Shown here: positions 39,965-50,299 of the stretch, one piece after another
Position numbering within the stretch: position 1 is the first letter of the stretch
How the letters are laid out: each line of letters opens with the position of its first letter
NCBI GenBank assembly: GCA_017555395.1
Contig: JAFZGL010000132.1
Span: 7,406 to 71,405 of the forward strand
Direction of reading: 5' to 3'
DNA length: 64,000 nt
DNA from: Oscillospiraceae bacterium
Lineage (GTDB): Bacteria; Bacillota; Clostridia; Oscillospirales; Oscillospiraceae
Translations under genes and position numbers: made by a program
The notes under the pieces: generated by a model
Database searches by the model: none
Seen by the model: the letters and a program-made list of their open reading frames with translations, nothing else
What the model was told of the DNA's origin: nothing

Positions 39965-41119
39965 TTAAGGGGTTGCAAGGTCGCGGACCGCCTGACGAGC
40001 CAGCCGGTCGGTCTCCAGAATCTCTTCGAGAGTGGGATTCTGGATAAAAGGAACAGCCTCCACTGCCGCATTTACCAAACGGTAAATATCGTAGAATCCG
40101 ATCTCATCACGAAGATACATGGCCACAGCTTCCTCGTTTGCACCGTTCATGGCAGGGCACGCAGTGCCGCCCAGGCGGGCGCAGCGGTATGCCAGCGCCA
40201 GACAGGGGAAGTTTTCCAGATCCGGCTTACTGAAGGTCAGAGCGCCGCAGGTCAGAAGATCCAGCGCATCCACAGGGCATGGCAGACGTTCGGGATAAGT
40301 CAGCGCCAGCTGAATGGGCAGACGCATATCGGGAGTACCCATCTGCGCCATGACGGCACCGTCCACAAATTCCACCATGGAATGGACGATGCTCTGCCGG
40401 TGGATCACCACATCCACCTGATCCAGAGGAACCCGGTACAGACGCATGGCCTCGATGACCTCCAGGCCCTTGTTCATCAGGGTGGAGCAGTCGATTGTGA
40501 TCTTGGCACCCATTTTCCAGTTGGGATGCTTCAGAGCATCCGCCTTTGTCACTGTCTGCAGCTGTTCACGGGTCATGCCGAAGAAGGGGCCGCCGGAGCA
40601 GGTCAGGATCAGACGTTTGATCTCCTTCTTCTCTCCGCTGCCCATGAGGCACTGGAAAATGGCGGAATGCTCGGAGTCTACAGGAATAATCTCAACACCA
40701 TACTTTTCCGCCTCGTCCATCACCAGTTCACCGGCGCAGACAAGGGTCTCCTTGTTGGCAAGGCCGATGCGTTTGCCGGCACGGATGGCTGCCAGCGTGG
40801 GCTTCAGGCCTACCATCCCCACAACAGCGGTAATGACACAGTCGGCTTTCTCCACAGTGGCCGCTTCGATGAGGCCCTCCTCACCCCAGTTTACCCGGAT
40901 GGGCAGATCCTTAATCGCTTCGGAAAGTGCCTGCGCAGCCTCGTAAGTAGCCATAACAGCCAGTTCCGGCAGAAATTCGCGGCACTGCTGTGCCATCCGT
41001 TCCACGCTGGTTCCGGCTGTCAGAGCAGCCACCTTCACATCAGGAAGACGACTGATAATGTCCAGGCTCTGCCGACCGATAGAGCCGGTAGAGCCAAGAA
41101 TAGAAACATATTTCATCAT
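39965..41119 (-). CDS. dxr: DXP reductoisomerase
   Basis: LGSTGSIG, LANKE, PVDSEH, HPNW.MG and NKGLEVIEA. Confidence 0.96.
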   Translation of the reverse strand: MMKYVSILGSTGSIGRQSLDIISRLPDVKVAALTAGTSVERMAQQCREFLPELAVMATYEAAQALSEAIKDLPIRVNWGEEGLIEAATVEKADCVITAVVGMVGLKPTLAAIRAGKRIGLANKETLVCAGELVMDEAEKYGVEIIPVDSEHSAIFQCLMGSGEKKEIKRLILTCSGGPFFGMTREQLQTVTKADALKHPNWKMGAKITIDCSTLMNKGLEVIEAMRLYRVPLDQVDVVIHRQSIVHSMVEFVDGAVMAQMGTPDMRLPIQLALTYPERLPCPVDALDLLTCGALTFSKPDLENFPCLALAYRCARLGGTACPAMNGANEEAVAMYLRDEIGFYDIYRLVNAAVEAVPFIQNPTLEEILETDRLARQAVRDLATP

Positions 41120-41120
41120 A

Positions 41121-41936
41121 TCAAATCACCACAGGAGCCAGCAGCAGCAGTGCTTCCACCAGAGGAGCCACCATCATCATGGAATCCAGACGGTCCAGAA
41201 CGCCGCCGTGACCGGGAATCAGATTTCCGTAATCCTTGATGCCGGTCTGGCGCTTGATGATGGAGAAGCACAGATCACCGAACATGCCGGCAAGAGCACC
41301 CACAAAGCCATAGAGAATGGCCATGAGATAGTTCACACTGAAACGGGGGAACGCCAGATCCAGCACGATGGCATAGATCAGCATGCCTACCACGGCTGCC
41401 GCCAGTCCGCCCAGTGCACCTTCGATGGTCTTATTGGGGCTGACCACAGGAGCCAGCTTGTGCTTGCCGAACCGCAGACCGGCAAAGTAAGCACCGCCAT
41501 CGGACATAAACGCAATCACAAAGGGAATCAGGATCACCTGACGTCCGGTATTCATCACCAGGATGCGGATCAGAGCGCTCAGCAGAAAGGGCACAATGAA
41601 ACCTGCCACATAGCAAAGGGCAATCATTTCAATACGCACCTTTACATGATCCATCATCATTTCCGCAAAGAGGATGAGGGTATAGATCAGCAGACCCAGC
41701 AGCAGCCAGGCATGGACAGCGCCCACGTGGCTCCACATCACCACCGCAAAGGCCATGGCAGAAGAATAGACCACCAGACGGGGATGCTGTAACAAATGGG
41801 TACGGTACAGCAGCTCATAGGAGCCGATGGACATCAGCACAGCCAGGATGACAGATGCAAACATCTTGGGCGCAAACAGCACCAGAACCAGCAGAATCGG
41901 GATCAGTACCGCTGCTGCAACAATACGGGTTTTCAT
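41121..41936 (-). CDS. cdsA: Phosphatidate cytidylyltransferase
   Basis: SPNKTIEG and IKDYGNLIPGHGGVLDRLD. Confidence 0.95.
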   Translation of the reverse strand: MKTRIVAAAVLIPILLVLVLFAPKMFASVILAVLMSIGSYELLYRTHLLQHPRLVVYSSAMAFAVVMWSHVGAVHAWLLLGLLIYTLILFAEMMMDHVKVRIEMIALCYVAGFIVPFLLSALIRILVMNTGRQVILIPFVIAFMSDGGAYFAGLRFGKHKLAPVVSPNKTIEGALGGLAAAVVGMLIYAIVLDLAFPRFSVNYLMAILYGFVGALAGMFGDLCFSIIKRQTGIKDYGNLIPGHGGVLDRLDSMMMVAPLVEALLLLAPVVI

Positions 41937-41942
41937 GTCTCT

Positions 41943-42662
41943 TTATGTTCCTCCAAAGCGGCGGTTGCGCCGGTGATATTCTTCAATAGCCTTGTCCAGA
42001 TCCTCAGGACCGAAATCGGGCCACAGAACATTCATAAATACATATTCGGAATAGGCAGACTGCCACAGCAGAAAATTGCTGGTACGCAGCTCACCGGACG
42101 GACGGATGATCAGTTCCGGATCCGGCACATTGGCGGAATAGAGATATCCGCCGAGCAGTTCCTCTGTCAGTTCCTCCGGCTGTCTTTCTCCGGCGGCAAC
42201 CTCCTGGGCAAACCGGCGGGCAGCCTGGACGATCTCATCCCGTCCGCCGTAGTTCAGGCAGAAGTTCACCTGCACATCATAGTCCGTGGAGCGGTTTTCC
42301 GCATCATGACACAGCTTCTGAAGATCGGGACTCAGCTTGGAAAGATCACCGAAGAACCGGAAGCGAACCTTGTTCTTTTCCATATCCTGCAGCGCCTCTT
42401 CCAGATACCGGCGCAGCAGACGCATGATACCGGCCACCTCATCGGCAGACCGTTTCCAGTTTTCCGTGGAGAAGGCATATACCGTCAGATATTCCACACC
42501 CAGGGTGCGGCAGTAATTCGCAATGCGGCGGAAGCTCTCCGCGCCTGCGGCATGACCGGCAGTCCGGGGTAGTCCCCGCTTCTTTGCCCACCGGCCGTTG
42601 CCATCCATGATGATGGCGATGTGCCGGGGCGGTGCCGGTTTGGTTGTATCGGTCAGTGCCAC
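41943..42662 (-). CDS. uppS: Undecaprenyl diphosphate synthase
   Basis: HIAIIMDGNGRWA, YAFSTENW and RTSNFLLWQ; GTG start after GAGGTG. Confidence 0.95.
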   Translation of the reverse strand: MALTDTTKPAPPRHIAIIMDGNGRWAKKRGLPRTAGHAAGAESFRRIANYCRTLGVEYLTVYAFSTENWKRSADEVAGIMRLLRRYLEEALQDMEKNKVRFRFFGDLSKLSPDLQKLCHDAENRSTDYDVQVNFCLNYGGRDEIVQAARRFAQEVAAGERQPEELTEELLGGYLYSANVPDPELIIRPSGELRTSNFLLWQSAYSEYVFMNVLWPDFGPEDLDKAIEEYHRRNRRFGGT

Positions 42663-42684
42663 TGGGCACACCTCTTTCTTTTTT

Positions 42685-42798
42685 AATTCAAAATGTAAAA
42701 TGCAAAATGCAGAATTATGGCATAACCCCGGAAATACGAGTATCGGAACGTCAATACCGCACCTTTATTCTGCACTCTGCATTCATCATTCTGCATTT
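42685..42798. repeat. Inverted arrays of 7-mer tandem repeats (AAATGCA / TTCTGCA)
   Basis: AATTCA AAATGTA AAATGCA AAATGCA GAATTA ... TTCTGCA CTCTGCA TTCATCA TTCTGCA TTT. Confidence 0.75.
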
Positions 42799-42839
42799 GG
42801 TTCCTGCCGGAATGCAAAGTTCCGGCAGGAACACCGTAA

Positions 42840-43394
42840 TTACAGGCTCATCAGTTCCTTTTCCTTGGCGGCGGTAGCTGCGTCAACCTTCTTGATCATC
42901 TTGTCCAGCAGATCCTGCAGATCCTTTTCTGCCTTCTTCTGGTCGTCCTCGGTGATCTCGGAGTTCTTCTTCAGCTTCTTGACATAGTCCATGCCGTCGC
43001 GGCGGATGTTACGCATGGCAACCTTGGCCTCTTCAGCGTACTTCTTGACCTGCTTGACCAGATCCTTACGACGGTCCTCGGTCAGCTGGGGGAACACCAG
43101 ACGGATGACACGGCCGTCATTCTGGGGGTTGATGCCCAGTTCAGAGGTCTGGATTGCCTTCTGGATGTCCTTCAGCAGCTTGGTATCCCAGGGCTGGATC
43201 ACCAGAGTACGGGCATCGGGGGTGGAGATGGTGGCGACACCGTTCAGGGGAGTCTCGCTGCCATAGTATTCAACAGTGATGCGGTCCAGAACCTTGGGGT
43301 TTGCACGGCCGGCGCGGACAGCACCGAATTCCTCTTCCAGATGGGTCAGAGCGCCATCCATTCTTCTTGCGAAATCCTTAAAATCAACAGCCAT
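42840..43394 (-). CDS. frr: Ribosome recycling factor
   Basis: RAGRANP, IQPWD, FPQLTEDRRK and RNIRRD. Confidence 0.97.
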   Translation of the reverse strand: MAVDFKDFARRMDGALTHLEEEFGAVRAGRANPKVLDRITVEYYGSETPLNGVATISTPDARTLVIQPWDTKLLKDIQKAIQTSELGINPQNDGRVIRLVFPQLTEDRRKDLVKQVKKYAEEAKVAMRNIRRDGMDYVKKLKKNSEITEDDQKKAEKDLQDLLDKMIKKVDAATAAKEKELMSL

Positions 43395-43435
43395 TGTTCG
43401 TTCCTCCTAGATATATCGTAATTTGTCAGAATAGA

Positions 43436-44164
43436 TTAGTTTGTGACGGTGGTGCCGATCTTTTCGCCGCGGACCACACGCAGGATGCTGTTTTCCTCGG
43501 CCAGACCGAAGCAGACCATGGGCATGTTGTTGTCCATAGCCAGAGCCATGGCGGTCACATCGGTAGCCTTCAGGCCGCGGTCCAGAACCTCGTTGTAGGT
43601 CAGGGTATCGAACTTCACGGCGGAAGGATCCTTCTTGGGGTCGGCGGAGTAGATACCGTCGATGTTCTTGGCCATCAGCACAGCGTCGGCCTCGATCTCA
43701 ACACCTCTCAGCACAGCGCCGGTATCGGTGGAGAAATAGGGATTGCCGGTGCCTGCGGCGAACAGGACCACCTTACCCTCGTTCAGGTAGCGGTTGGCCA
43801 GGTCGCGGGTGAAGTACTCCGCGAACTTGTTCATTTCCACAGCGGTAAGTACCCGGGCATCCATGCCGTGCTCGCACAGGGCATCTGCCACGGCGATGGC
43901 ATTCATAACGGTGGCCAGCATACCCATGGCATCGGCATGGGAACGCTGCATCTTGCCGGAGCCGTTCTTCACGCCTCTCCAGAAGTTGCCGCCGCCGATG
44001 ACCAGGCCCACCTGGACACCCATGTCCACACATTCCTTGATGGAAGCGCAGACCTCATTGATCTTTGTAAAATCCAAGCCGAAACCGTCACCGGCTGCGG
44101 TCTTTTCACCGAGAGCCTCACCGCTGACCTTCAGCAGAATACGCTTGTATTTAAGTTCGGACAA
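43436..44164 (-). CDS. pyrH: UMP kinase
   Basis: LLKVSGEAL, GGGNFWRG and GTGNPYFSTD. Confidence 0.97.
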   Translation of the reverse strand: MSELKYKRILLKVSGEALGEKTAAGDGFGLDFTKINEVCASIKECVDMGVQVGLVIGGGNFWRGVKNGSGKMQRSHADAMGMLATVMNAIAVADALCEHGMDARVLTAVEMNKFAEYFTRDLANRYLNEGKVVLFAAGTGNPYFSTDTGAVLRGVEIEADAVLMAKNIDGIYSADPKKDPSAVKFDTLTYNEVLDRGLKATDVTAMALAMDNNMPMVCFGLAEENSILRVVRGEKIGTTVTN

Positions 44165-44416
44165 GTTTGATCACTCCTCTGTCTGATTTCATATCCTTTC
44201 CTATTTTAATATAAGACAGACGAAATGACAACCCAAAAATTAATAAATTCTGAAATTGTTTCACCTTTTTTCACAATGTTGGTCAGAGTGTACAGTTTTT
44301 CCTTTTGGCCATTGTGGAAAAATTAGACTTTGGTGCTGATTTTCTGTTGCAAATTATGGCTGGTTGGGGTATAATGACACAATATTGGAAACACACCAAA
44401 GAAAGGTTGACTTTTT

Positions 44417-46099
<1,683 letters not shown>

Positions 46100-46208
46100 T
46101 ATTCATGGCCGCATCCGATGGATGCGGCCATTTCTTTACAGTTTTGTCATGCACTTTCCTGTCATTTTTTCTATAATGATATCAGAGAAAGAAAAAGGAG
46201 GTATTCTT

Positions 46209-46910
46209 ATGGTTTATTCCGAAATTCGCCGTCAGGCACGGGACAATCTGCGCGGTCACTGGGGTCAGGCTGTCATTGTAGCCATGGTTGCAGGCCTTCT
46301 GGGCGGCGGCATCACTTCCGCCGCCGGTTCCGCGGGCGGATCCGCAGGCAGTTCTTCCGGCACCCTTGACCTGGAGGCATTCCAGTCCCTTCCCCCGGAG
46401 GTTATGCATGTGGTAACCACCATTCTGGGTGTTGTGGGCATTCTGATGCTGGTGGGCTTTATCATCGGCGGTACCATTCAGCTGGGTTACAGTGTCTATT
46501 TGCTGAAGCAGTATCACCGTCAGGAAACCTCCATCAGCGACCTGTTTTCCCAGTTCTTCCGATTTGGAACCGGCTTTGCCCAGCAATTCCTCGTTGGCCT
46601 TTACGCACTGCTTTGGTCACTGCTGTTTGTCATCCCCGGCATTGTTAAGGGCTTCAGCTATGCCATGACGCCTTTTATCCTGGCAGACAACCCCAATCTC
46701 ACCGCCAATCAGGCCATCACCCGTTCCCGTGAACTGATGGACGGCCACAAATGGGAGCTGTTCGTACTGAGCCTGACCTTCATCGGCTGGGAGATTCTGG
46801 GTGCTCTGTGCTTTGGCATCGGTTTGCTCTGGGTAACACCTTACAAAAACGCGGCCTATGCTGCCTTCTACCGGCAGATCGCAGGATACCCCAAGTATAC
46901 CGTAGAATAA
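46209..46910 (+). CDS. DUF975 family membrane protein
   Basis: LWSLLFVIPGIVK.FSY, SRELMDGHKWELF and WVTPY. Confidence 0.9.
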   Translation: MVYSEIRRQARDNLRGHWGQAVIVAMVAGLLGGGITSAAGSAGGSAGSSSGTLDLEAFQSLPPEVMHVVTTILGVVGILMLVGFIIGGTIQLGYSVYLLKQYHRQETSISDLFSQFFRFGTGFAQQFLVGLYALLWSLLFVIPGIVKGFSYAMTPFILADNPNLTANQAITRSRELMDGHKWELFVLSLTFIGWEILGALCFGIGLLWVTPYKNAAYAAFYRQIAGYPKYTVE

Positions 46911-46957
46911 AATACGCAAAACCCCGGCAGCAAACGCTGCCGGGGTTCGTTTCGTTT

Positions 46958-47599
46958 TTAGCCTTTTTCTTCCTTGATCTGTGCCTGCAGATGGACAGAG
47001 AGAACTGCCAGAGAGGTAGCCATATTCTCATACTGCACCAGGATATTGCCGGGCACCTCCAGATGGGTGGGGGCAAAGGTCCAGATGGCCTTGATGCCGC
47101 CGGCGATCAGCTGGTCAGCAACCTGCTGGGCATACTCTGCCGGAACAGTAATGATCCCCATCAGCACCTTGTGCTCCCGCAGGAACTCACTCAGATAGGA
47201 AATGGGATAGATGGGCTTACCCTCATCGGTCTGCTCCTTCTTGGGGTTGGCATCGAAAGCGGCCAGGATGTTCAGGCCGTAATCGTCAAAGCCCTGGTAG
47301 CCCATCAGCGCCTGACCCAGCTTACCGGCGCCGATCAAAACGGCATCGGTGGTGTTGTCATAGCCCAGGAACTGCTCGATATCGTCAATGAGAGCTTCCC
47401 GCAGATAGCCAATCTTGGGACGGCCGCCGTCGGAGACCATGGCCAGATCCTTACGGACCTGCACCTGACCCATACCCAGGGCATTGGCCAGGGTGGTTGC
47501 GGAAATATGTGCCGGTGCATCCTCCGGCAGGCTCTTCAGGTAAGACAGATAGCCGGGCAGGCGCTTGAGCACAAATTTGGAGATCTTTTTGTTTTCCAT
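46958..47599 (-). CDS. rex: Rex-family redox-sensing repressor (divergent paralogue)
   Basis: KRLPGY wHTH, QVRKDL, IGAGKLG Rossmann fold and AIWTFAP. Confidence 0.85.
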   Translation of the reverse strand: MENKKISKFVLKRLPGYLSYLKSLPEDAPAHISATTLANALGMGQVQVRKDLAMVSDGGRPKIGYLREALIDDIEQFLGYDNTTDAVLIGAGKLGQALMGYQGFDDYGLNILAAFDANPKKEQTDEGKPIYPISYLSEFLREHKVLMGIITVPAEYAQQVADQLIAGGIKAIWTFAPTHLEVPGNILVQYENMATSLAVLSVHLQAQIKEEKG

Positions 47600-47707
47600 G
47601 GTTTCCCTCATTCTTTTTGACGATATCGATAAAAAACGATATCGATATAATTTTTTATCGATTGTAGCACAACGGCTGATACTTTTCAAGAGGGTTTTCC
47701 GGAATTT

Positions 47708-48415
47708 TTATGCGCAGTTGGTCTGCTTTATAAACTCCTTGCGCAGCCGCAGCAGGATCCGTTTTTCCAGCCGGGAGATATAGGACTGGGAGATTCCCAT
47801 CTGCTTCGCCACTTCCTTCTGGGTCTGCTCTTTCCTGCCGTCCAGACCGAAGCGCATCCGCACCAGTTCCCGCTCCCGATCCGGCAGCTGGGTCAGCGCC
47901 TGCCGCAGTACATGGCGGTCCACATCCTCCTCCAGCGGCCGCAGGATCATATCCTCCTCTGTGCCAAGAATGTCGCTGAGCAGAAGTTCATTGCCGTCGC
48001 AGTCCATATTGATGGGTTCATCCAGGGAAACCTCTGCCTTCTGATTGGCTGTCTTGCGGATGTACATCAGGATCTCATTTTCGATGCACCGGGACGCATA
48101 GGTAGCCAGGCGGATCTTTTTATCCAGCCGATAGGTACCAACCGCCTTGATCAGTCCGATGGTGCCGATGGAAATCAGGTCCTCCAGGCAGATCCCTGTA
48201 TTTTCAAACCGACGGGCGATATAGACCACCAGCCGAAGATTGTGCTCCACCAGCCGCTGTTTCGCTCCCTCCTCTTCCCGCTCCAAAGCTTCCAGGGCGG
48301 AGAGCTCCTCCTCCCCTTTCAGGGGCGGGGGCAGCACATCGCTTCCGCCGATGTAAAACACCGGCTCTCCAGGTATCAATCCCCATTTTTCCAGAAAAGC
48401 AAATAGTTTCAGCAT
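47708..48415 (-). CDS. sigE: Sporulation sigma factor E (pro-form)
   Basis: [28 protein letters not shown] and [13 protein letters not shown]; start reset to ATG 48415. Confidence 0.93.
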   Translation of the reverse strand: MLKLFAFLEKWGLIPGEPVFYIGGSDVLPPPLKGEEELSALEALEREEEGAKQRLVEHNLRLVVYIARRFENTGICLEDLISIGTIGLIKAVGTYRLDKKIRLATYASRCIENEILMYIRKTANQKAEVSLDEPINMDCDGNELLLSDILGTEEDMILRPLEEDVDRHVLRQALTQLPDRERELVRMRFGLDGRKEQTQKEVAKQMGISQSYISRLEKRILLRLRKEFIKQTNCA

Positions 48416-49185
48416 AAAGCAGTTCCTCCTGTCAGCGCCTGATATCCTTCCTTCCGTCCAAAATCCTCCGGTGAAAATGCAACGATCCGCCGCCCCGGCT
48501 TCCCTTCCAGCGTGGTTTCCGAAAAGGCCATTGCCAGCATCATCCCGCCCTGCCCCACCGTCCGGTAGGGAATCAGCCGAAGTCCCGGAATCGGTGACGC
48601 CGCAAGAGTTCCCAGGGGATCGAGAAGCTGTTCCTCCGTCAGTCCCGTCAGCTGCCGGGCAGCACCGGCACAGATTACAAGCACCTGCTCCCCGGTGACC
48701 GGATCCCGGAGACTGTTTCCGGTATCCCGGAGGGCAAGGAGATTCAGAGTCCGATTCCCATGACAGATTTTCAATGGAAGATACATCCTGCTTCCCGGCG
48801 GTGCTGTCACAGAAAACCGGCAAAGCCCCCACAGTACCAGCGCCGACAGCAGCAGCGCAACCGGGTCTGCCCTGCCCACACTGACAGCAAATCCCCCCAG
48901 CGCCAGCGTAAGCAGCGCAAACACACCGCACCGGCGCAGGGCGCTTGGGGAAATGCCAAAGGCAATACAGCCCATCAGCCCCAGGCTCACCGTTCTCCAG
49001 AGCACACTGCCCAAAAAACGGAACCCCGGCAGCAGGCAGGCTCCCGCATACACCGCTCCCAGTGCAGCCGCTGCTGCCACCCGTCTGAGATCTGCAGGAT
49101 ACCCGGTCATCCGGTTTGTCCCCAGCAGCAGCAAAAAATCCACCAGAAAATTCAGCCCCATCAGGCCGTCCACATAGACCCGCAA
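48409..49185 (-). CDS. spoIIGA: Pro-sigmaE processing aspartic protease
   Basis: [17 protein letters not shown] region, DTGNSLRDP and LIPYRTVG; TTG start after GGAGGGGGG. Confidence 0.88.
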   Translation of the reverse strand: MRVYVDGLMGLNFLVDFLLLLGTNRMTGYPADLRRVAAAAALGAVYAGACLLPGFRFLGSVLWRTVSLGLMGCIAFGISPSALRRCGVFALLTLALGGFAVSVGRADPVALLLSALVLWGLCRFSVTAPPGSRMYLPLKICHGNRTLNLLALRDTGNSLRDPVTGEQVLVICAGAARQLTGLTEEQLLDPLGTLAASPIPGLRLIPYRTVGQGGMMLAMAFSETTLEGKPGRRIVAFSPEDFGRKEGYQALTGGTALC

Positions 49186-49351
49186 CCAATCCCCCCTCCT
49201 GCAAGATGGCTTCAGTATACCGCTCCCTCGGAAAAAAGCCCGTCGCAAGCCGCAGCCGACTTCACCGCAAGTTCAGTCATACTGTACGATGTTTACCGCC
49301 TGCGCAACGGACAAACAAAAAATGCTGCCCTTTCGGGCAGCATTTTTATTA

Positions 49352-50296
49352 TTAGAAGGTGCACACATCGGGATCGGCAGGCTCAGCACCGGTCTCCACC
49401 CGCAGGGCAGTCAGCACAGGGCCAATCTCACCCTTATAGAGGGGATGCTTTTCCGCAGAAATCTTTGCGGTAACCATGACCCAGCTCCGGGAGTCCAGGG
49501 TTTTGGACTTCTCATACCGGCAGGGAATGCCGCAGAATTCGATGTCATCCACACAGCAGGTCATGACGAACCGGCCAGGGGCAAACATGCCCTCCTTCTG
49601 GCGGCGGAGCATAGCCACCTGAGCCTTGAAGCAGACGGTCTTGCCCTCATACTTTGCAGGCTCCTCGGTAACATCCCGGTACCACAGGGCGAAATCCGCA
49701 TCGCCTACGCAGATCACATCGGAATTGATGTCGAAGGGCAGCGGATCTTCGATGTCATCGAACTGGGTAGTGCCGTCGGTGTAATCATAGAGGATATCGA
49801 TCCGGCGGGAAGCGGCTCTGGCGATCTTGTGGAAGGGCATGATATCCTGACCGGGGGTCAGACGGTTGAAGACCACCATCTGGGCACCTACCAGCTTGTC
49901 CATCACCAGATTGCGCATATTGTTGTTGAAGGCCATGAAAGTGGTGGAGTCAGCAAACATGACCTCCTGGGCAACCACCCACTCCTCGGGGAAGCGCATA
50001 TACAGGTCACCCACCTGCTGCATGCCGTTGAGCTCCATGACGATACGCTCGGCCTTGTACTTCTTCTGCAGATTGGCCAGCTGCTTGGTGGTGACGGTCT
50101 GCTGATCCAGAACCTCCAGCCACACATTCTGGGCAGGATACCGGGAGAAATCGTACTCCTCCTCGCCCTCTTCAAAAATCAGAAGCAAAGTGCGCTCGCC
50201 GTCATTGAAGCGGGTATCCTCCAGAGTCTCCTGGATAAACTTGGTCTTACCGGAATCCAGGAATCCGGTAAAGGAATAGACAGGGATCTGCTGCAT
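49352..50296 (-). CDS. CobW-like P-loop domain fused to TIGR03943/DUF1980-like C-terminal domain
   Basis: GFLDSGKT, EEGEEE, ELNGM, and C-terminal GRFVMTCCVDD. Confidence 0.78.
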   Translation of the reverse strand: MQQIPVYSFTGFLDSGKTKFIQETLEDTRFNDGERTLLLIFEEGEEEYDFSRYPAQNVWLEVLDQQTVTTKQLANLQKKYKAERIVMELNGMQQVGDLYMRFPEEWVVAQEVMFADSTTFMAFNNNMRNLVMDKLVGAQMVVFNRLTPGQDIMPFHKIARAASRRIDILYDYTDGTTQFDDIEDPLPFDINSDVICVGDADFALWYRDVTEEPAKYEGKTVCFKAQVAMLRRQKEGMFAPGRFVMTCCVDDIEFCGIPCRYEKSKTLDSRSWVMVTAKISAEKHPLYKGEIGPVLTALRVETGAEPADPDVCTF

Positions 50297-50299
50297 GAC

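Noticed and set aside
44165-44416. T-box or sRNA upstream of glnS
   Set aside because: The promoter is about 40 bp from the start codon, leaving no room for a structured leader.
47708-49204. 498-aa SigE and other N-terminally extended track ORFs (PBP 63730, XRE 32059, rex 47689, livH 60415)
   Set aside because: The extensions overlap neighbouring genes or promoters; internal starts with RBSs give family-typical lengths.
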